A stretch of 64,000 bases of DNA, taken from contig JBCCLJ010000007.1 of NCBI GenBank assembly GCA_039026915.1, forward strand, positions 3,651 through 67,650, read 5' to 3'. Source of the stretch: Acidobacteriota bacterium (GTDB lineage Bacteria > Acidobacteriota > Thermoanaerobaculia > Multivoradales > Multivoraceae). Below, in pieces: positions 1 through 9,957 of this stretch. Numbering within the stretch: position 1 is the first letter of the stretch; the number at the start of each line of letters is the position of its first letter. The notes under the pieces are model-generated. The model saw only the letters and a list, made by a program, of their open reading frames with translations. It was not told the origin of the DNA and did not search any database. The position numbers and the translations under genes are program-made.

Positions 1-938
1 TCGTAGACGAAGCCGATGGCGCTGTTGACGGACTTGGAGTCCGCGCCACTCATGCCGAGTGCCTTGTTGAGCGCCGCCTCGGCGCCGGGGTAGTCACCGG
101 TCGAGGTCAGAGCCTGGCCCAGGTAGAACGGTGCGTACCAGTTCGCGCCGCTCATCGCCTCGGCCTTGCGGAAGTCGCCGGCGGCTTCGCTGTACTTCTT
201 GGCACCGAGGCGAACCTCACCGAGACGCAGGGTGTTCTCGTAGTTTGCGCTCTGTGCGACGAGGGCCTTGGCCGAAGCTTCCGCCTTGTTGTAGGCAGAA
301 GTCTTGGCGGCGCCCTGACTCGTGCGGGCCTGGCGGATGAGCGCGGTGACGTGGCTCTTACGGATCTTGGCGTCGTTCGGTGCGAGGCCGACGGCCTTGT
401 CGAGAGCGGAGACGGCTTGCGGCGTCTGGCCATCGTTGTAGGCAGCCATACCGTAGGCGAACCAGGCCTGGGCGTCCTGCGGGGAGGCTTCGGCGAGTTT
501 CTTCATGTCGGGAAGCGAGGCGCCACCGGAGGCCTTGGCCTTGAGTGCGTAGAGCTGCTTCTTCTGCTGGGCGTTGAGCGAGCCCTCGTTGAGCTTGGAA
601 AGGACCGAAGTCGCTTCACGACCCTTGCCGGTCTGCACCAGCGCACTTCCGAGGCTGAGCATGATGCCGGGGTCACCGGGCTTGAGCTCGTTGGCCTTCT
701 TGAGATGTGGGACGGCTTTACTGGCCTGCTTCGAGTAGAGAAGCACAGCGCCCAACATCTGATGGCCTTGGTAGGCGTCAGGGACCGCTTCGACGTACTT
801 GGCGAAGGAGGCTGCCGCCGTAGCCCAATCGCGCTTCTTGAAGGCTTCGAGACCTGCGTTGTAGTCGTCCTGTGCCAGCAGGCCAGCGGGCACCAGAACC
901 GCCAGCATTGTCACGATCAGGAACAGTTTCTTCATCAT
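1..938 (-). CDS. Secreted tetratricopeptide-repeat (TPR) protein. The N-terminus is complete (ATG ATG at 938 on the minus strand); the C-terminus is truncated by the window edge.
   Basis: My own minus-strand translation gives MMKKLFLIVTMLAVLVPAGLLAQDDYNAGLEAFKK..., a signal peptide followed by repeated helical A/K/G-rich TPR-like units with no in-frame stop to position 1. GGAGAC Shine-Dalgarno precedes the ATG. The plus-strand ORF 351..1124 is its shadow. The gene is absent from the ORF track, presumably because no stop falls inside the window. Confidence 0.55.
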   Translation of the reverse strand, partial: MMKKLFLIVTMLAVLVPAGLLAQDDYNAGLEAFKKRDWATAAASFAKYVEAVPDAYQGHQMLGAVLLYSKQASKAVPHLKKANELKPGDPGIMLSLGSALVQTGKGREATSVLSKLNEGSLNAQQKKQLYALKAKASGGASLPDMKKLAEASPQDAQAWFAYGMAAYNDGQTPQAVSALDKAVGLAPNDAKIRKSHVTALIRQARTSQGAAKTSAYNKAEASAKALVAQSANYENTLRLGEVRLGAKKYSEAAGDFRKAEAMSGANWYAPFYLGQALTSTGDYPGAEAALNKALGMSGADSKSVNSAIGFVY

Positions 939-1098
939 TGGAGTGTCTCCTTTGCAGAGCGGCCGTACGAACGGCCGGAGCAGATGGACTCGAGTGGGGG
1001 ATCGAGCCGTGCTGTACTTAGAGTAGAAGCAAGTTACGTGCCGCTGAGAGCTTCTGCGTGTGAACGGACTCTTTCGTGGATCGGGGAGAGTGGCGATT

Positions 1099-1974
1099 CT
1101 AGTCGATGTCGAGCAGAGAACTGAATCGATCCCTGTACTGCTGCACGAAAGCCTCGCCTGCAGACTCACGAATCACGTTCTCGTGAGCGTGAAGCAGGTC
1201 GATCAGAGCGTCGACGTGCTTGCCGGCTCGGATCTGTGCCTGTGCCAACTTGGCCGATCGCCGCAGCGTGGGCGTGGCGGTCTCGAGGTTCGTGAGATCG
1301 AGTACGGCGCGCTCGAGCGCTTCGCCGAGTGCGGCGGCGCCGCCCGCAGAGAGCGAGCGTAGGGAGCGACGTTCTTCCGCGCTGGGAGGAGTGCTCAGAG
1401 CGACCTGTCCTGAAGTCAGCAGTCCGTAGAGGTCCTTGCTGGTGGAGAAGGCGCTCTCACCCAGGGCGAGCGCGATGTCGTCGATCGAGTGCCGACCGTT
1501 GATCTGCTGAGCGATCGCCCATTCGCGCGCGGTGAAAGAGACACCGGCGCTCGACGTCTGGTGCGCGAAGCGTGGGACCAGAGCGGTGGACTCGATCTTC
1601 TTGCGCAGGACCTGCCACTCGTCCATACGCCGAGCCGCCTCCATGAGGAGATTGGTGTTCGGCTTGTCGATCGTCTCGTCCGCACTCTCCTCGCCGGGAG
1701 TAAAGACGAAATCGCCGTCGTTCCAGGTCGCCAACTCGTAGATGGCTTCCTCGCCGGTCAGCTCACTGCCGCGGAGTTCCTGGTCGCCCTCACCGTCCTC
1801 AGAGACCTCGGGCCGGCGGATCGAACTTGCGTGGACGATCTGTCCGCTTCGCAAGTAGATCTGGCCGGCCCGATCGTCGCGGGTCAGCGTGAACCGACCC
1901 GTCTTTCCGGACACCGACACCAATTGAATGATGTCGGGGAGAGGTAGCTCGGCGAGCGACCCCTGAAAAGCCAC
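1099..1974 (-). CDS. DUF4388 (PATAN-like) domain protein
   Basis: The N-terminus MAFQGSLAELPLPDIIQLVSVSGKTGRFTL matches the DUF4388 signature (GSL..F.L.D..Q.L) common in Myxococcota and Acidobacteria. It is 291 aa and sits just downstream of tonB. Confidence 0.55.
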   Translation of the reverse strand: MAFQGSLAELPLPDIIQLVSVSGKTGRFTLTRDDRAGQIYLRSGQIVHASSIRRPEVSEDGEGDQELRGSELTGEEAIYELATWNDGDFVFTPGEESADETIDKPNTNLLMEAARRMDEWQVLRKKIESTALVPRFAHQTSSAGVSFTAREWAIAQQINGRHSIDDIALALGESAFSTSKDLYGLLTSGQVALSTPPSAEERRSLRSLSAGGAAALGEALERAVLDLTNLETATPTLRRSAKLAQAQIRAGKHVDALIDLLHAHENVIRESAGEAFVQQYRDRFSSLLDID

Positions 1975-1977
1975 TCC

Positions 1978-2709
1978 CTATTGCAGCTGGAAGTTGACGG
2001 TGAGGTTGAAGTACACCGCGACAGGCTTGCCGTTGAGGGTCGCCGGCTTGTACTTCCACTGCTTCACGGCTTCCGTCGCTGCTTCCGAGAGACCCATGGG
2101 AAGGCCCTTGAGAACGGAAACATCCGTGACGTTGCCCTGCTCGTCGATGATCGACTGGAGAATGACGACGCCCTGGATGCGCGCCTTTCGAGCGATCTCG
2201 GTGTACTGCGGAGGCACGGAGCTGATCTTCTCGGGCTTCTGCACGTCACCGGTGACGTAGATGGGACCCGTCGGCTCGGGCTCTGGCGGAGCTTCCGGGA
2301 TGCCGATGATGAGATCGTCGACTTCCGGGATGTCGAACTCTTCCGGCTCTTCGATGCGAATCGGTTCCGGCTCATCGGGGGTCGGATCGGGAATCGGAAC
2401 CTTCTTCGCCTTGGGCTTCGGAATCTCTTTCTCTTCCTTCGGCGGCGGTGGCTTGAACCGCACCTGCTGGACGACGTAGACCTTGGGCTTCTCGGCTTCT
2501 TCGGGCTCGTCGGCCAGCAGTTCGGGGAGCTGGACCACGAGAAGGCCGAGATGGAACAGGACCGCAACGACACCGGCAATCCTGAGGGTCTTGTTGTCCT
2601 CGGCCTCTTCCAGCATGTACGTCTGGAGGCGCTCTTCGGAAGCGGTCAGCTTCGCTTTCCCGGCGGCTGCTCCTGCGGCTGCGGGCTTGGCGTCTTTGGC
2701 ATCGCTCAT
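1978..2709 (-). CDS. tonB: TonB energy transducer
   Basis: It has an N-terminal TM helix, a long Pro/Glu/Lys-rich periplasmic spacer (PPPPKEEKEIPKPKAKKVPIPDPTPDEPEP) and a C-terminal TonB domain (VVILQSIIDEQGNVTDVSVLKG...PATLNGKPVAV). It is the last gene of the exbB-exbD-exbD operon. Confidence 0.8.
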   Translation of the reverse strand: MSDAKDAKPAAAGAAAGKAKLTASEERLQTYMLEEAEDNKTLRIAGVVAVLFHLGLLVVQLPELLADEPEEAEKPKVYVVQQVRFKPPPPKEEKEIPKPKAKKVPIPDPTPDEPEPIRIEEPEEFDIPEVDDLIIGIPEAPPEPEPTGPIYVTGDVQKPEKISSVPPQYTEIARKARIQGVVILQSIIDEQGNVTDVSVLKGLPMGLSEAATEAVKQWKYKPATLNGKPVAVYFNLTVNFQLQ

Positions 2710-2866
2710 GACTTGATCCTGCTGCGGTTGTTGAGTGACTGAATGCTATCGAATCTTTGGACGGGTCGACGGTCGTTTCGGTTCCCCGGAAGACCTAACC
2801 GTCTGCGGTCCGCCGAACTCGTTCGGCGGGCACCGACATTTGAGCACTTCGACTCCGTCGAAGTGC

Positions 2867-3310
2867 TCAGAACCAGAGAGCTTCGATCTCGCGTTGGGTG
2901 GGTACGGAGATCCGGATGTCTTCCGTGATCTGGGTACTCTTGTCCGTGGCCTGGCGAAGCTCGTCGAGCACAGAGACCATGTACTTGTAGGGCGAGATGG
3001 GATCGGGGCGGATGATCACCGGTTTCTTCGGGTTGTTGACGAGCTTGGGCTCGAGATACGGGATGATCTCGCTCAGCTGCATCGGCTTCTGATCGACGAC
3101 CAGCTCGCCACTCGGCTGAATCTCGATCAGAACCGAGTCTTCCTTCTCGACGACAGGGGGGTTGTCGTCCTCTTCGGGGAGCGCGAAGTCGAGGCCGCGC
3201 GTCGCCGCGAAGGTGGTGGTCACCATGAAGTAGATGATCAGCAGGAAGGCGATGTCCGCCATCGAGGAAGTAGGGATCTCGTCGTCGACGGGGTCGCGTT
3301 CGATCTTCAT
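2867..3310 (-). CDS. exbD: ExbD/TolR biopolymer transport protein, copy 2
   Basis: It is 147 aa. It has the N-terminal SMADIAFLLIIYFMVTTTF TM helix characteristic of the ExbD/TolR family, followed by a periplasmic domain. Confidence 0.8.
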   Translation of the reverse strand: MKIERDPVDDEIPTSSMADIAFLLIIYFMVTTTFAATRGLDFALPEEDDNPPVVEKEDSVLIEIQPSGELVVDQKPMQLSEIIPYLEPKLVNNPKKPVIIRPDPISPYKYMVSVLDELRQATDKSTQITEDIRISVPTQREIEALWF

Positions 3311-3392
3311 GAGTTTCTCCGCAAGTCTCTGAGTAAATCGGCTCTGAGCAAATCGTCTTCGGGTGACGGACTAGTTGCGAATCGGTTTCAGG

Positions 3393-3812
3393 TCAGCCCT
3401 GCGTCGCAGCGTCGGACAGCAGGTAGATGAGCTTGACCTTGGCGCGCTTCAGCGCGTCCATGACGGCGTCGACCTCGGCGTAGTCGACGTTGCCGTCTGC
3501 TTTGATCACGAACTCCTTGTTGGGGTCCGTGGCGATGACGGTTGCTGCGAAGGACAGCACGTCATCGGCGTTACCGACAGAAGCACTCAGCTCCTCGCCG
3601 TTGCTCACCTTGATCTGACCCTGGACGTCGATGGCGACGTAGGCGGCCTTCTTCGGAATCTCGTAGCGGAGATTCGTCTGAGGCAGCTGGACCTTGGTCT
3701 TGTCGACCTCGAAGGTCATGGTGAGCATGAAGAAGATGATGAGTAGAAAGGCGATGTCCGCCATCGATGCGGTCGGAATCGTCGATTCCAGCTCTCGGGA
3801 TGCGAGTTTCAT
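3393..3812 (-). CDS. exbD: ExbD/TolR biopolymer transport protein, copy 1
   Basis: It is 139 aa with an ASMADIAFLLIIFFMLTMTFE TM motif. It is a paralog of the downstream exbD. Confidence 0.8.
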   Translation of the reverse strand: MKLASRELESTIPTASMADIAFLLIIFFMLTMTFEVDKTKVQLPQTNLRYEIPKKAAYVAIDVQGQIKVSNGEELSASVGNADDVLSFAATVIATDPNKEFVIKADGNVDYAEVDAVMDALKRAKVKLIYLLSDAATQG

Positions 3813-3940
3813 TTCAGTCTCCGGTCTCTTCTTCGAACGGCGAGGTTCTGAGTGTTCTCGGTTCTGTTCAGGTGAAGCCGCGGGCGGAGGCCCGGGAAGG
3901 CTCGAGTCAGAGGGGTCTGCCCGAGCTTCTCAGGCTCTCC

Positions 3941-4615
3941 TTACTTCTTGGCCTCGGGAGCCACACCCTCAGGGGTGATGCCGCTGCGCTCCATTTCACC
4001 GAAGGTCTCGAGCAGCATGTTGGCCGAGGTTTCGATGTCGCGGACGAACTTGTTGATGCGGCTCATGAAGAAGTTGTAGGCGAGCTGCGTCGGGATGGCG
4101 ACAGCAAGGCCGGCGGCCGTGGTGGTCAGCGCCTCCTTGATACCGATGGCGACGAGTGCGGGATTCGACAGACCCGCAGCTGCGAGAGCGTCGAACGACT
4201 TGATCATGCCGGTCACCGTTCCGAAGAAGCCGAGCAGGGGCGCGACGTTGGCGACGGTGGCGAGGAAGACGAGGAAGCGCTCGAGGCGACCCATCTCGAA
4301 GAGGGCGGCGTTCTCGATCGTCTTCTCGACGTCTTCTTTGGGCTGGCCGTACTTGAGAAGGCCGGCCTTCATGATCGATGCGACAGGGCCGCGGTACTGC
4401 TCACAGACCTTGACGGCTTCGCGGATCGAGCGGTTGACGATCAGGGCCTTGCGGACCTTCGCCAGGAACTCGTTGACGTTGATCCGGGCGCGACGCAGAG
4501 CGATGAAGCGCTCGAAGATGACGGCGAGTGCCAGGATGGAGAAGACGAGAAGCACCCACATGACGGGGCCGCCTTCATTCATGTACTTCCAAAAGGTTCC
4601 ACCGATGTTTCCCAA
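3941..4615 (-). CDS. exbB: ExbB/TolQ/MotA-family proton channel
   Basis: It is 224 aa with three TM helices and the family motif FLATVANVAPLLGFFGTVTGMIKSFDAL. It is the first gene of the exbB-exbD-exbD-tonB operon. Confidence 0.85.
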   Translation of the reverse strand: MGNIGGTFWKYMNEGGPVMWVLLVFSILALAVIFERFIALRRARINVNEFLAKVRKALIVNRSIREAVKVCEQYRGPVASIMKAGLLKYGQPKEDVEKTIENAALFEMGRLERFLVFLATVANVAPLLGFFGTVTGMIKSFDALAAAGLSNPALVAIGIKEALTTTAAGLAVAIPTQLAYNFFMSRINKFVRDIETSANMLLETFGEMERSGITPEGVAPEAKK

Positions 4616-4842
4616 CGTAACCTCCTCTAAGCGGACTTAGACCCGCGGAGCGCGGACCGAGTTCCAAGCGACTGCAGAGATCCACCCGGGGGTAGAACAT
4701 CGTCGCTTGGACGTAGTTCTAACTCTGGTGAGCTCGCGAACCGAGCTGACTTCACCTTGAAAACAGAGACGCGAACTCTAGCACAGGGTCCGCTGCGAAG
4801 TGTGTCGTCAGAGTGCAAAGAATGACGAGTGACGAAGGCCGC

Positions 4843-5346
4843 TCAAGTCCTCGCAGCAGCGTCTCGAATGCGCTCGACGCGGAGGCTGTTCGCGAGACAG
4901 ACGGCGACGGCTAGAGCGTCCGTCGCATCCGCACTGAACTTGCCTCCTCGTAAGTTCAACAGCAGCTTGACCATACGGGCGACCTGGTCTTTGTGGGCTC
5001 GGCCGGAGCCGGTCACCGCGCGCTTGACTTCCGAGGGGCTGTACTCGTGGCAGTCGAGCTGACGACGACCGAGCTCGGCGAGAATTGCGCCTCGCGCCTG
5101 AGCAAGAACCACGAGAGATCGGGTGTTGACACCATGAAAAACAGACTCGACGGCGACGGCTGACGGGCACGTCTGGTCGAGAAGGCGGCTCAGGTGCTCG
5201 CTCAACCGCCCGAGTCGCTCGGGCACGGGAGCCTTGCTGGGCAGTGAGAAGCGCCCGTGGTCGACGCAGGTGAGCTTGGAGCCGTCGCGCCGCACCACGC
5301 CGTAGCCGGTGTACTGACTACCCGGGTCGATGCCGACGAGAATCAA
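4843..5346 (-). CDS. ruvC: Crossover junction endodeoxyribonuclease RuvC
   Basis: The sequence MILVGIDPGSQYTGYGVV...KDQVARMVKLLL carries the RuvC catalytic motifs. It is 167 aa. Confidence 0.9.
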   Translation of the reverse strand: MILVGIDPGSQYTGYGVVRRDGSKLTCVDHGRFSLPSKAPVPERLGRLSEHLSRLLDQTCPSAVAVESVFHGVNTRSLVVLAQARGAILAELGRRQLDCHEYSPSEVKRAVTGSGRAHKDQVARMVKLLLNLRGGKFSADATDALAVAVCLANSLRVERIRDAAART

Positions 5347-5398
5347 GGAAGAGTCCCGCCGAGGTCAGCCGGGGAGGTCGAATCGAGGCACGGAGGAG

Positions 5399-6148
5399 TC
5401 AAACGAGTGCCGCGAGAACTTCGTCGCTCACCTCGAGGTTGGCCCAGACGTTCTGGACGTCGTCCTGGTCCTCGATGGCGTCCATGAACTTGAGGGCCTG
5501 CTTGGCCTTCTCTTCGTCCAGGTCGACCGTGTTCTGAGGGATCATCGCGATCTGTCGCGTCGCGACCTTGACCCCGTCCAGGGCGTCGAGCGCTTCGCCG
5601 ACCGTGTGGAAGGCGTCCGCCGCGGTAAAGATCTGAAAAGAGTCGTCTTCTGCCGAGTAGTCCTCCGCCTCGACCTCCAGCGCGACTTCCATCAAGCGAT
5701 CTTCGTCCATGCCTTCGGGGTCCAGGATGAACAGACCCCGTCGGTCGAACATCCAGGCGACGCAGCCGTTCTCGCCGAGGTTGCCGCCGTACCGAGAGAA
5801 GACGTGCCTCACTTCACCGACGGTGCGGTTGCGGTTGTCGGTCATGACTTCGACGAGGACGGCGAGTCCACCGGGGCCATACCCTTCGTAGGTGATCTCT
5901 TCGTAGTCCGCACCTTCGAGCTCGCCGGTACCCTTCTTGATGGCGCGCTCCATGTTGTCGGAGGGCACGTTGTTCGCCTTGCCCTCCTGGATGGCGTTAC
6001 GCAGGCGTGGGTTGCCGTCCGGGTCGCCGCCGCCCATGCGAGCGGCGACGGTGATCTCTTTCAGCACGCGGGTAAAGACCTTGGCTCGCTTCTTGTCCGT
6101 CGCGGCCTTCTTGTGCTGGATGTTGGCCCATTTACTGTGTCCTGCCAT
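5399..6148 (-). CDS. yebC: YebC/PmpR family DNA-binding transcriptional regulator
   Basis: MAGHSKWANIQHKKAATDKKRAKVFTR... is the canonical YebC N-terminus. I trimmed the start from the ORF-track 6226 to the ATG at 6148 (M27), which has an upstream GGAGAG Shine-Dalgarno. The yebC-ruvC arrangement is conserved. Confidence 0.9.
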   Translation of the reverse strand: MAGHSKWANIQHKKAATDKKRAKVFTRVLKEITVAARMGGGDPDGNPRLRNAIQEGKANNVPSDNMERAIKKGTGELEGADYEEITYEGYGPGGLAVLVEVMTDNRNRTVGEVRHVFSRYGGNLGENGCVAWMFDRRGLFILDPEGMDEDRLMEVALEVEAEDYSAEDDSFQIFTAADAFHTVGEALDALDGVKVATRQIAMIPQNTVDLDEEKAKQALKFMDAIEDQDDVQNVWANLEVSDEVLAALV

Positions 6149-6210
6149 CGAACTCTCCATCGAGCGAGCGCGGTGGTGATCACGGGATCTGCTCGCCCTG
6201 TCGATTCTCC

Positions 6211-7707
6211 GTGCCCGAAGGCGCAAGGGAGTCGGTTTCCTTCGCGCGGATTCTATCGGTGCCGTGGGCGCTGGGCTATGCTGCCAGGGCCTTTCCGGCG
6301 GGCTTGCCGCCGCTTCCCGAGCGATTCAAAGTGTCCCCCCCGAGTTCGTCGCCCCCGCGCGCCCACGAGATCCTCGATCGCCTGGTCGTCTGGGGGCAGA
6401 AGCTGGGCCTCGAGCGGATCCGCTCGGTGCTGGCCGATCTCGGAGACCCTCAGCTCGCCGTACCGTGCGTGCTGATCGCTGGTACCAACGGCAAGGGTTC
6501 GACATCGTCGGCGCTTGCGGCAATGCTGCAGGCAAGTGGCTATCGCACCGGTCTCTACAACTCGCCACACCTCGAAACGGTCGAAGAGCGCATCCGGCTG
6601 CAGGGCCGCGCCATCGACTCGCGCACCCTGGGAGGTCTGCTCGAGCGGGTGGTGACGACGGCCGAGCGCCAGAATGAGGACCCGCCGACCTACTTCGAGG
6701 CGCTGACCGCTTCGGCCTTCCTCGCCTTTGCCGAGGCGCCGGTCGACGTCGCTGTCATGGAAGTCGGACTCGGCGGTCGCCTCGACGCGACCAACGTCTG
6801 CGAACCGGTGCTGTCCGTGATCTCGCAGATCGCGCGCGATCACCAGGAGCACCTCGGCGACACGCTCGCCGAGATCGCCGTCGAGAAGGCGGGCATCCTG
6901 CGTCGCGACCGATCTTGCGTCTCCTGGCTGTCGCCGCCGGAGAGCGCCGACGCCATTCGCCGCTGCGCTCGGCAGCTCGATGTGGACCTCGTCGACGCGA
7001 CGCGGGGGGTCGAGATTCGGGCGGAGCCCCGTCTGGAGCTCGATGCGGAAGGACGCTTCGTGGGCGAGCGGCAGGACGTCTCGTTGAGCACGCCAGCGGC
7101 TCGCTACCGGTTCACCACTCGGCTGCGCGGAGCTCATCAGTTGGACAATCTGACCCTCGCCGTTCGATCGGCCGAGAAGCTGCAGAGCCTGGGCTTCGAG
7201 CGGCTCGAGACGAAGACGATGGAGGAGGGGCTGTCGCGGGCTCGCTGGCCGGGTCGGATGGAGTGGGTCTGCTGTGAGACCGTCGACGGGCCACTGCGTG
7301 TCTTGCTCGATGGAGCGCACAACGGTGCTGGAGCGCGAGCGCTGGCGCAGCACGTCGCGACCCTGCCGCTGCACTTCGACCTCCTCTTCGGTGCACTGCG
7401 CCGCAAGAACATCGACGCGGTACTCCCCGAGCTGGCTCAGAGCGCCGAGAACGTCGTGCTGACTGCGCCGCCTTCCGACCGTGCCCAGGATCCCGCGGAG
7501 CTCGGTGCGCTTCTCGATCCGAATCGCTTCGAGGTCGTCGTCGACTGCGACCGCGCTCTCGAGCGCTCCTTGCAGCTCCAGAACGACCGGGCCGAGTCGA
7601 CGGCGCTTCTCGTTTGCGGCTCCCTTTATCTCGTCGGCCACGTGCGCGAGGCGCTCCGACGCCGTTTCGGTGTGCCCGAGGCGACGACCGAAATCGTTCT
7701 CGGCTGA
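6211..7707 (+). CDS. folC: Dihydrofolate synthase / folylpolyglutamate synthase (Mur ligase family)
   Basis: It has a P-loop IAGTNGKGST plus Mur-ligase middle and C-terminal domains (LDGAHNGAGARALA). The true start is probably downstream of 6211, possibly a GTG near 6330. Confidence 0.75.
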   Translation: MPEGARESVSFARILSVPWALGYAARAFPAGLPPLPERFKVSPPSSSPPRAHEILDRLVVWGQKLGLERIRSVLADLGDPQLAVPCVLIAGTNGKGSTSSALAAMLQASGYRTGLYNSPHLETVEERIRLQGRAIDSRTLGGLLERVVTTAERQNEDPPTYFEALTASAFLAFAEAPVDVAVMEVGLGGRLDATNVCEPVLSVISQIARDHQEHLGDTLAEIAVEKAGILRRDRSCVSWLSPPESADAIRRCARQLDVDLVDATRGVEIRAEPRLELDAEGRFVGERQDVSLSTPAARYRFTTRLRGAHQLDNLTLAVRSAEKLQSLGFERLETKTMEEGLSRARWPGRMEWVCCETVDGPLRVLLDGAHNGAGARALAQHVATLPLHFDLLFGALRRKNIDAVLPELAQSAENVVLTAPPSDRAQDPAELGALLDPNRFEVVVDCDRALERSLQLQNDRAESTALLVCGSLYLVGHVREALRRRFGVPEATTEIVLG

Positions 7708-7821
7708 GCGCGTCCAGCGTCAGGAGGCGGGGTCCGAGCCCGTGCCTCAGCGGAGTCAGATGGACGGACGGCTCGCCCGAAGCTGGCCGGTGTCGCGTCG
7801 GCGTTTCTTTCGACGGCGCCT

Positions 7822-8253
7822 TCAGGGAGCTTCGATGAGCCCAACGCGCCGTGCGTGGCGCTCACCGTCGAAGTCCGTCTCCAGATACGCCTCGACGAGC
7901 TCCTTTGCCAGCCCGAGTCCGACGACGCGCGAGCCAAGGGCGAGAACGTTGGCGTCGTTGTGTGCTCGGCACATCTTGGCGGAGAAGGTATCGCTGACGC
8001 TGGCCGCGCGCACTCCAGCCATCTTGTTGGCGGTCATCGCCATGCCGAGTCCGGTGCCGCAGACCAGGACGCCGCGTTCGGCTTGGCCGCTCGTCAGCCT
8101 TTCGCCGACCGCGCGCGCGAAGTCCGGATAGTCGACGCTTTGGGAGCTGTCGGTCCCGAGATCTTCGACCTCGTGACCCAGGGAGCGCATGTGCTCGGCG
8201 AGGGCGTTCTTGAGCTCGAAGCCGGCGTGGTCCGCCGCGATGACGATCTTCAC
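7822..8253 (-). CDS. rpiB: Ribose-5-phosphate isomerase B (RpiB/LacA/LacB family)
   Basis: MKIVIAADHAGFELKNAL...VLVCGTGLGMAMTANK is the RpiB signature. It is 143 aa. Confidence 0.85.
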   Translation of the reverse strand: MKIVIAADHAGFELKNALAEHMRSLGHEVEDLGTDSSQSVDYPDFARAVGERLTSGQAERGVLVCGTGLGMAMTANKMAGVRAASVSDTFSAKMCRAHNDANVLALGSRVVGLGLAKELVEAYLETDFDGERHARRVGLIEAP

Positions 8254-8276
8254 GGAGCGATCCTCTGGGAAAAAGG

Positions 8277-9839
8277 TCAGAGCGGCAGGTTGCCGTGCTT
8301 CTTGGCGGGCATCGTCGCTCGCTTGCCTTCGAGTCGGCGCAGAGCTCGAGCGACCTCGGCGCGCGTGCGGCGCGGCTCGATGACGGCATCGACGAAGCCG
8401 CGTTCGGCAGCCACGTAGGGGTTCGAGAACTTCTCGCGATACTCGTCGGTCTTCTCGGTGCGCAGCGCCTCGACGTCGTCCGAGCTGCCCAGCTCGCGAC
8501 GGTAGAGGATGTTCACGGCACCTTCCGGGCCCATGACGGCGATCTCTGCGGTCGGATACGCGAGGTTGACGTCGGTGCGCAGGTGCTTGCTGGCCATCAC
8601 GCAGTAGGCGCCGCCATATGCCTTGCGCGTGATGACCGTGATCTTCGGCACGGTGGCTTCGGCGAAAGCGTAGAGGAGCTTGGCGCCGTGTTTGATGATG
8701 CCGCCGAACTCCTGCTTGGTGCCGGGCAGGAATCCCGGGACGTCTTCGAAGGTCACCAGCGGGATGTTGAAGGCGTCGCAGAAGCGGACGAACCGAGCAC
8801 CCTTGAGAGAGGCGTCGATGTCGAGCACCCCGGCGAGGTAGGCCGGCTGGTTGGCGACGATCCCGACGGAGCGGCCGCCGATGCGAGCGAACGCGACGAC
8901 GATGTTGCGTGCGTAGTCGGCCTGCACCTCGAGAATCTCACCGTCGTCGACGACACCGCGAATGAGCTCCTTGATGTCGTACGGCTTGTTGGCGTCGACG
9001 GGGACCAGCGTGTCGAGCGCGTCGTCCTCGCGATCCTCCGGGTCGTCCGTCGGCACGAAGGGCGGGTCGTCGAGGTTGTTCGACGGCAGGTAGGAGAGCA
9101 GCTTGCGAATCTCGGCGAGGCAGGCGGCGTCGCTCGGAGTCGTGAAGTGGCTGACACCGCTCTTCGAGGCGTGCGTGGCCGCGCCGCCGAGATCCTCCAT
9201 GGTGACCTCTTCGTGCGTCACCGTCTTGATGACGTCCGGTCCGGTCACGAACATGTAGCTCGTGTTTTCGACCATGAAGATGAAATCGGTGATCGCCGGC
9301 GAATACACGGCCCCGCCAGCGCAAGGTCCCATGATGGCGCTGATCTGCGGCACGACGCCGCTCGAGAGCGTGTTGCGCAGGAAGATGTCGGCGTAGCCAC
9401 CGAGCGCCGCCACGCCCTCTTGAATGCGGGCGCCGCCGCTGTCGTTGAGACCGATGACGGGAGCGCCGTTCTCGACGGCGAGGTCCATCACCTTGCAAAT
9501 CTTGGCGGCGTTGGTCTCGGACAGGGTGCCGCCGAGAACGGTGAAGTCCTGACCGAAGACGTAGACCAGGCGTCCTTCGACGGTTCCGGAGCCGCAGACG
9601 ACGCCGTCTCCCGGCACCTTCTGGTCACCGATGCCGAAGTCCTGGCAGCGGTGCACCACGAGAGCGTCGATCTCCACGAACGAACCGGGGTCGAGCAGCA
9701 TGTCGACGCGCTCGCGCACCGTCAGCTTGCCCGCGGAGTGCTGGCGCTCGATGCGCGCCTCGCCGCCCCCCTCGCGGGCTTTCTGCAGGCGATTCTGCAG
9801 CTCTTCGAGTCTCTCCTGGCGATGGGTCGTGTCGGTCAT
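8277..9839 (-). CDS. Acyl-CoA carboxylase carboxyltransferase beta subunit (propionyl-/methylmalonyl-CoA carboxyltransferase family)
   Basis: It shows strong full-length similarity to PccB/AccD5-type carboxyltransferases ([39 protein letters not shown]). I chose the start at M8 (MTDTTHRQ...) rather than the track start at 9860. Confidence 0.85.
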   Translation of the reverse strand: MTDTTHRQERLEELQNRLQKAREGGGEARIERQHSAGKLTVRERVDMLLDPGSFVEIDALVVHRCQDFGIGDQKVPGDGVVCGSGTVEGRLVYVFGQDFTVLGGTLSETNAAKICKVMDLAVENGAPVIGLNDSGGARIQEGVAALGGYADIFLRNTLSSGVVPQISAIMGPCAGGAVYSPAITDFIFMVENTSYMFVTGPDVIKTVTHEEVTMEDLGGAATHASKSGVSHFTTPSDAACLAEIRKLLSYLPSNNLDDPPFVPTDDPEDREDDALDTLVPVDANKPYDIKELIRGVVDDGEILEVQADYARNIVVAFARIGGRSVGIVANQPAYLAGVLDIDASLKGARFVRFCDAFNIPLVTFEDVPGFLPGTKQEFGGIIKHGAKLLYAFAEATVPKITVITRKAYGGAYCVMASKHLRTDVNLAYPTAEIAVMGPEGAVNILYRRELGSSDDVEALRTEKTDEYREKFSNPYVAAERGFVDAVIEPRRTRAEVARALRRLEGKRATMPAKKHGNLPL

Positions 9840-9957
9840 CGATGGCTCCGTTCTAGGCAACGTTCGCGCTCGGGACAGCGTTCTTCGAGGTGTTTGGCGA
9901 AGCGACTTCGGCGTTTCCTATCACACGGAAGGCCGGTCGTGAGAGCTTCCCTGCACC

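Noticed and set aside
351-1124. A 257-aa plus-strand ORF
   Set aside because: It is antisense to the minus-strand TPR gene, which has a clear signal peptide, Shine-Dalgarno and start. It is a typical high-GC shadow ORF with Gly/Val/Leu/Arg-rich nonsense composition.
2064-2579. A 171-aa Ser/Arg-rich minus-strand ORF inside tonB
   Set aside because: It is an alternate frame of the TonB proline-rich spacer. The frame carrying the TonB C-terminal domain is the real one.
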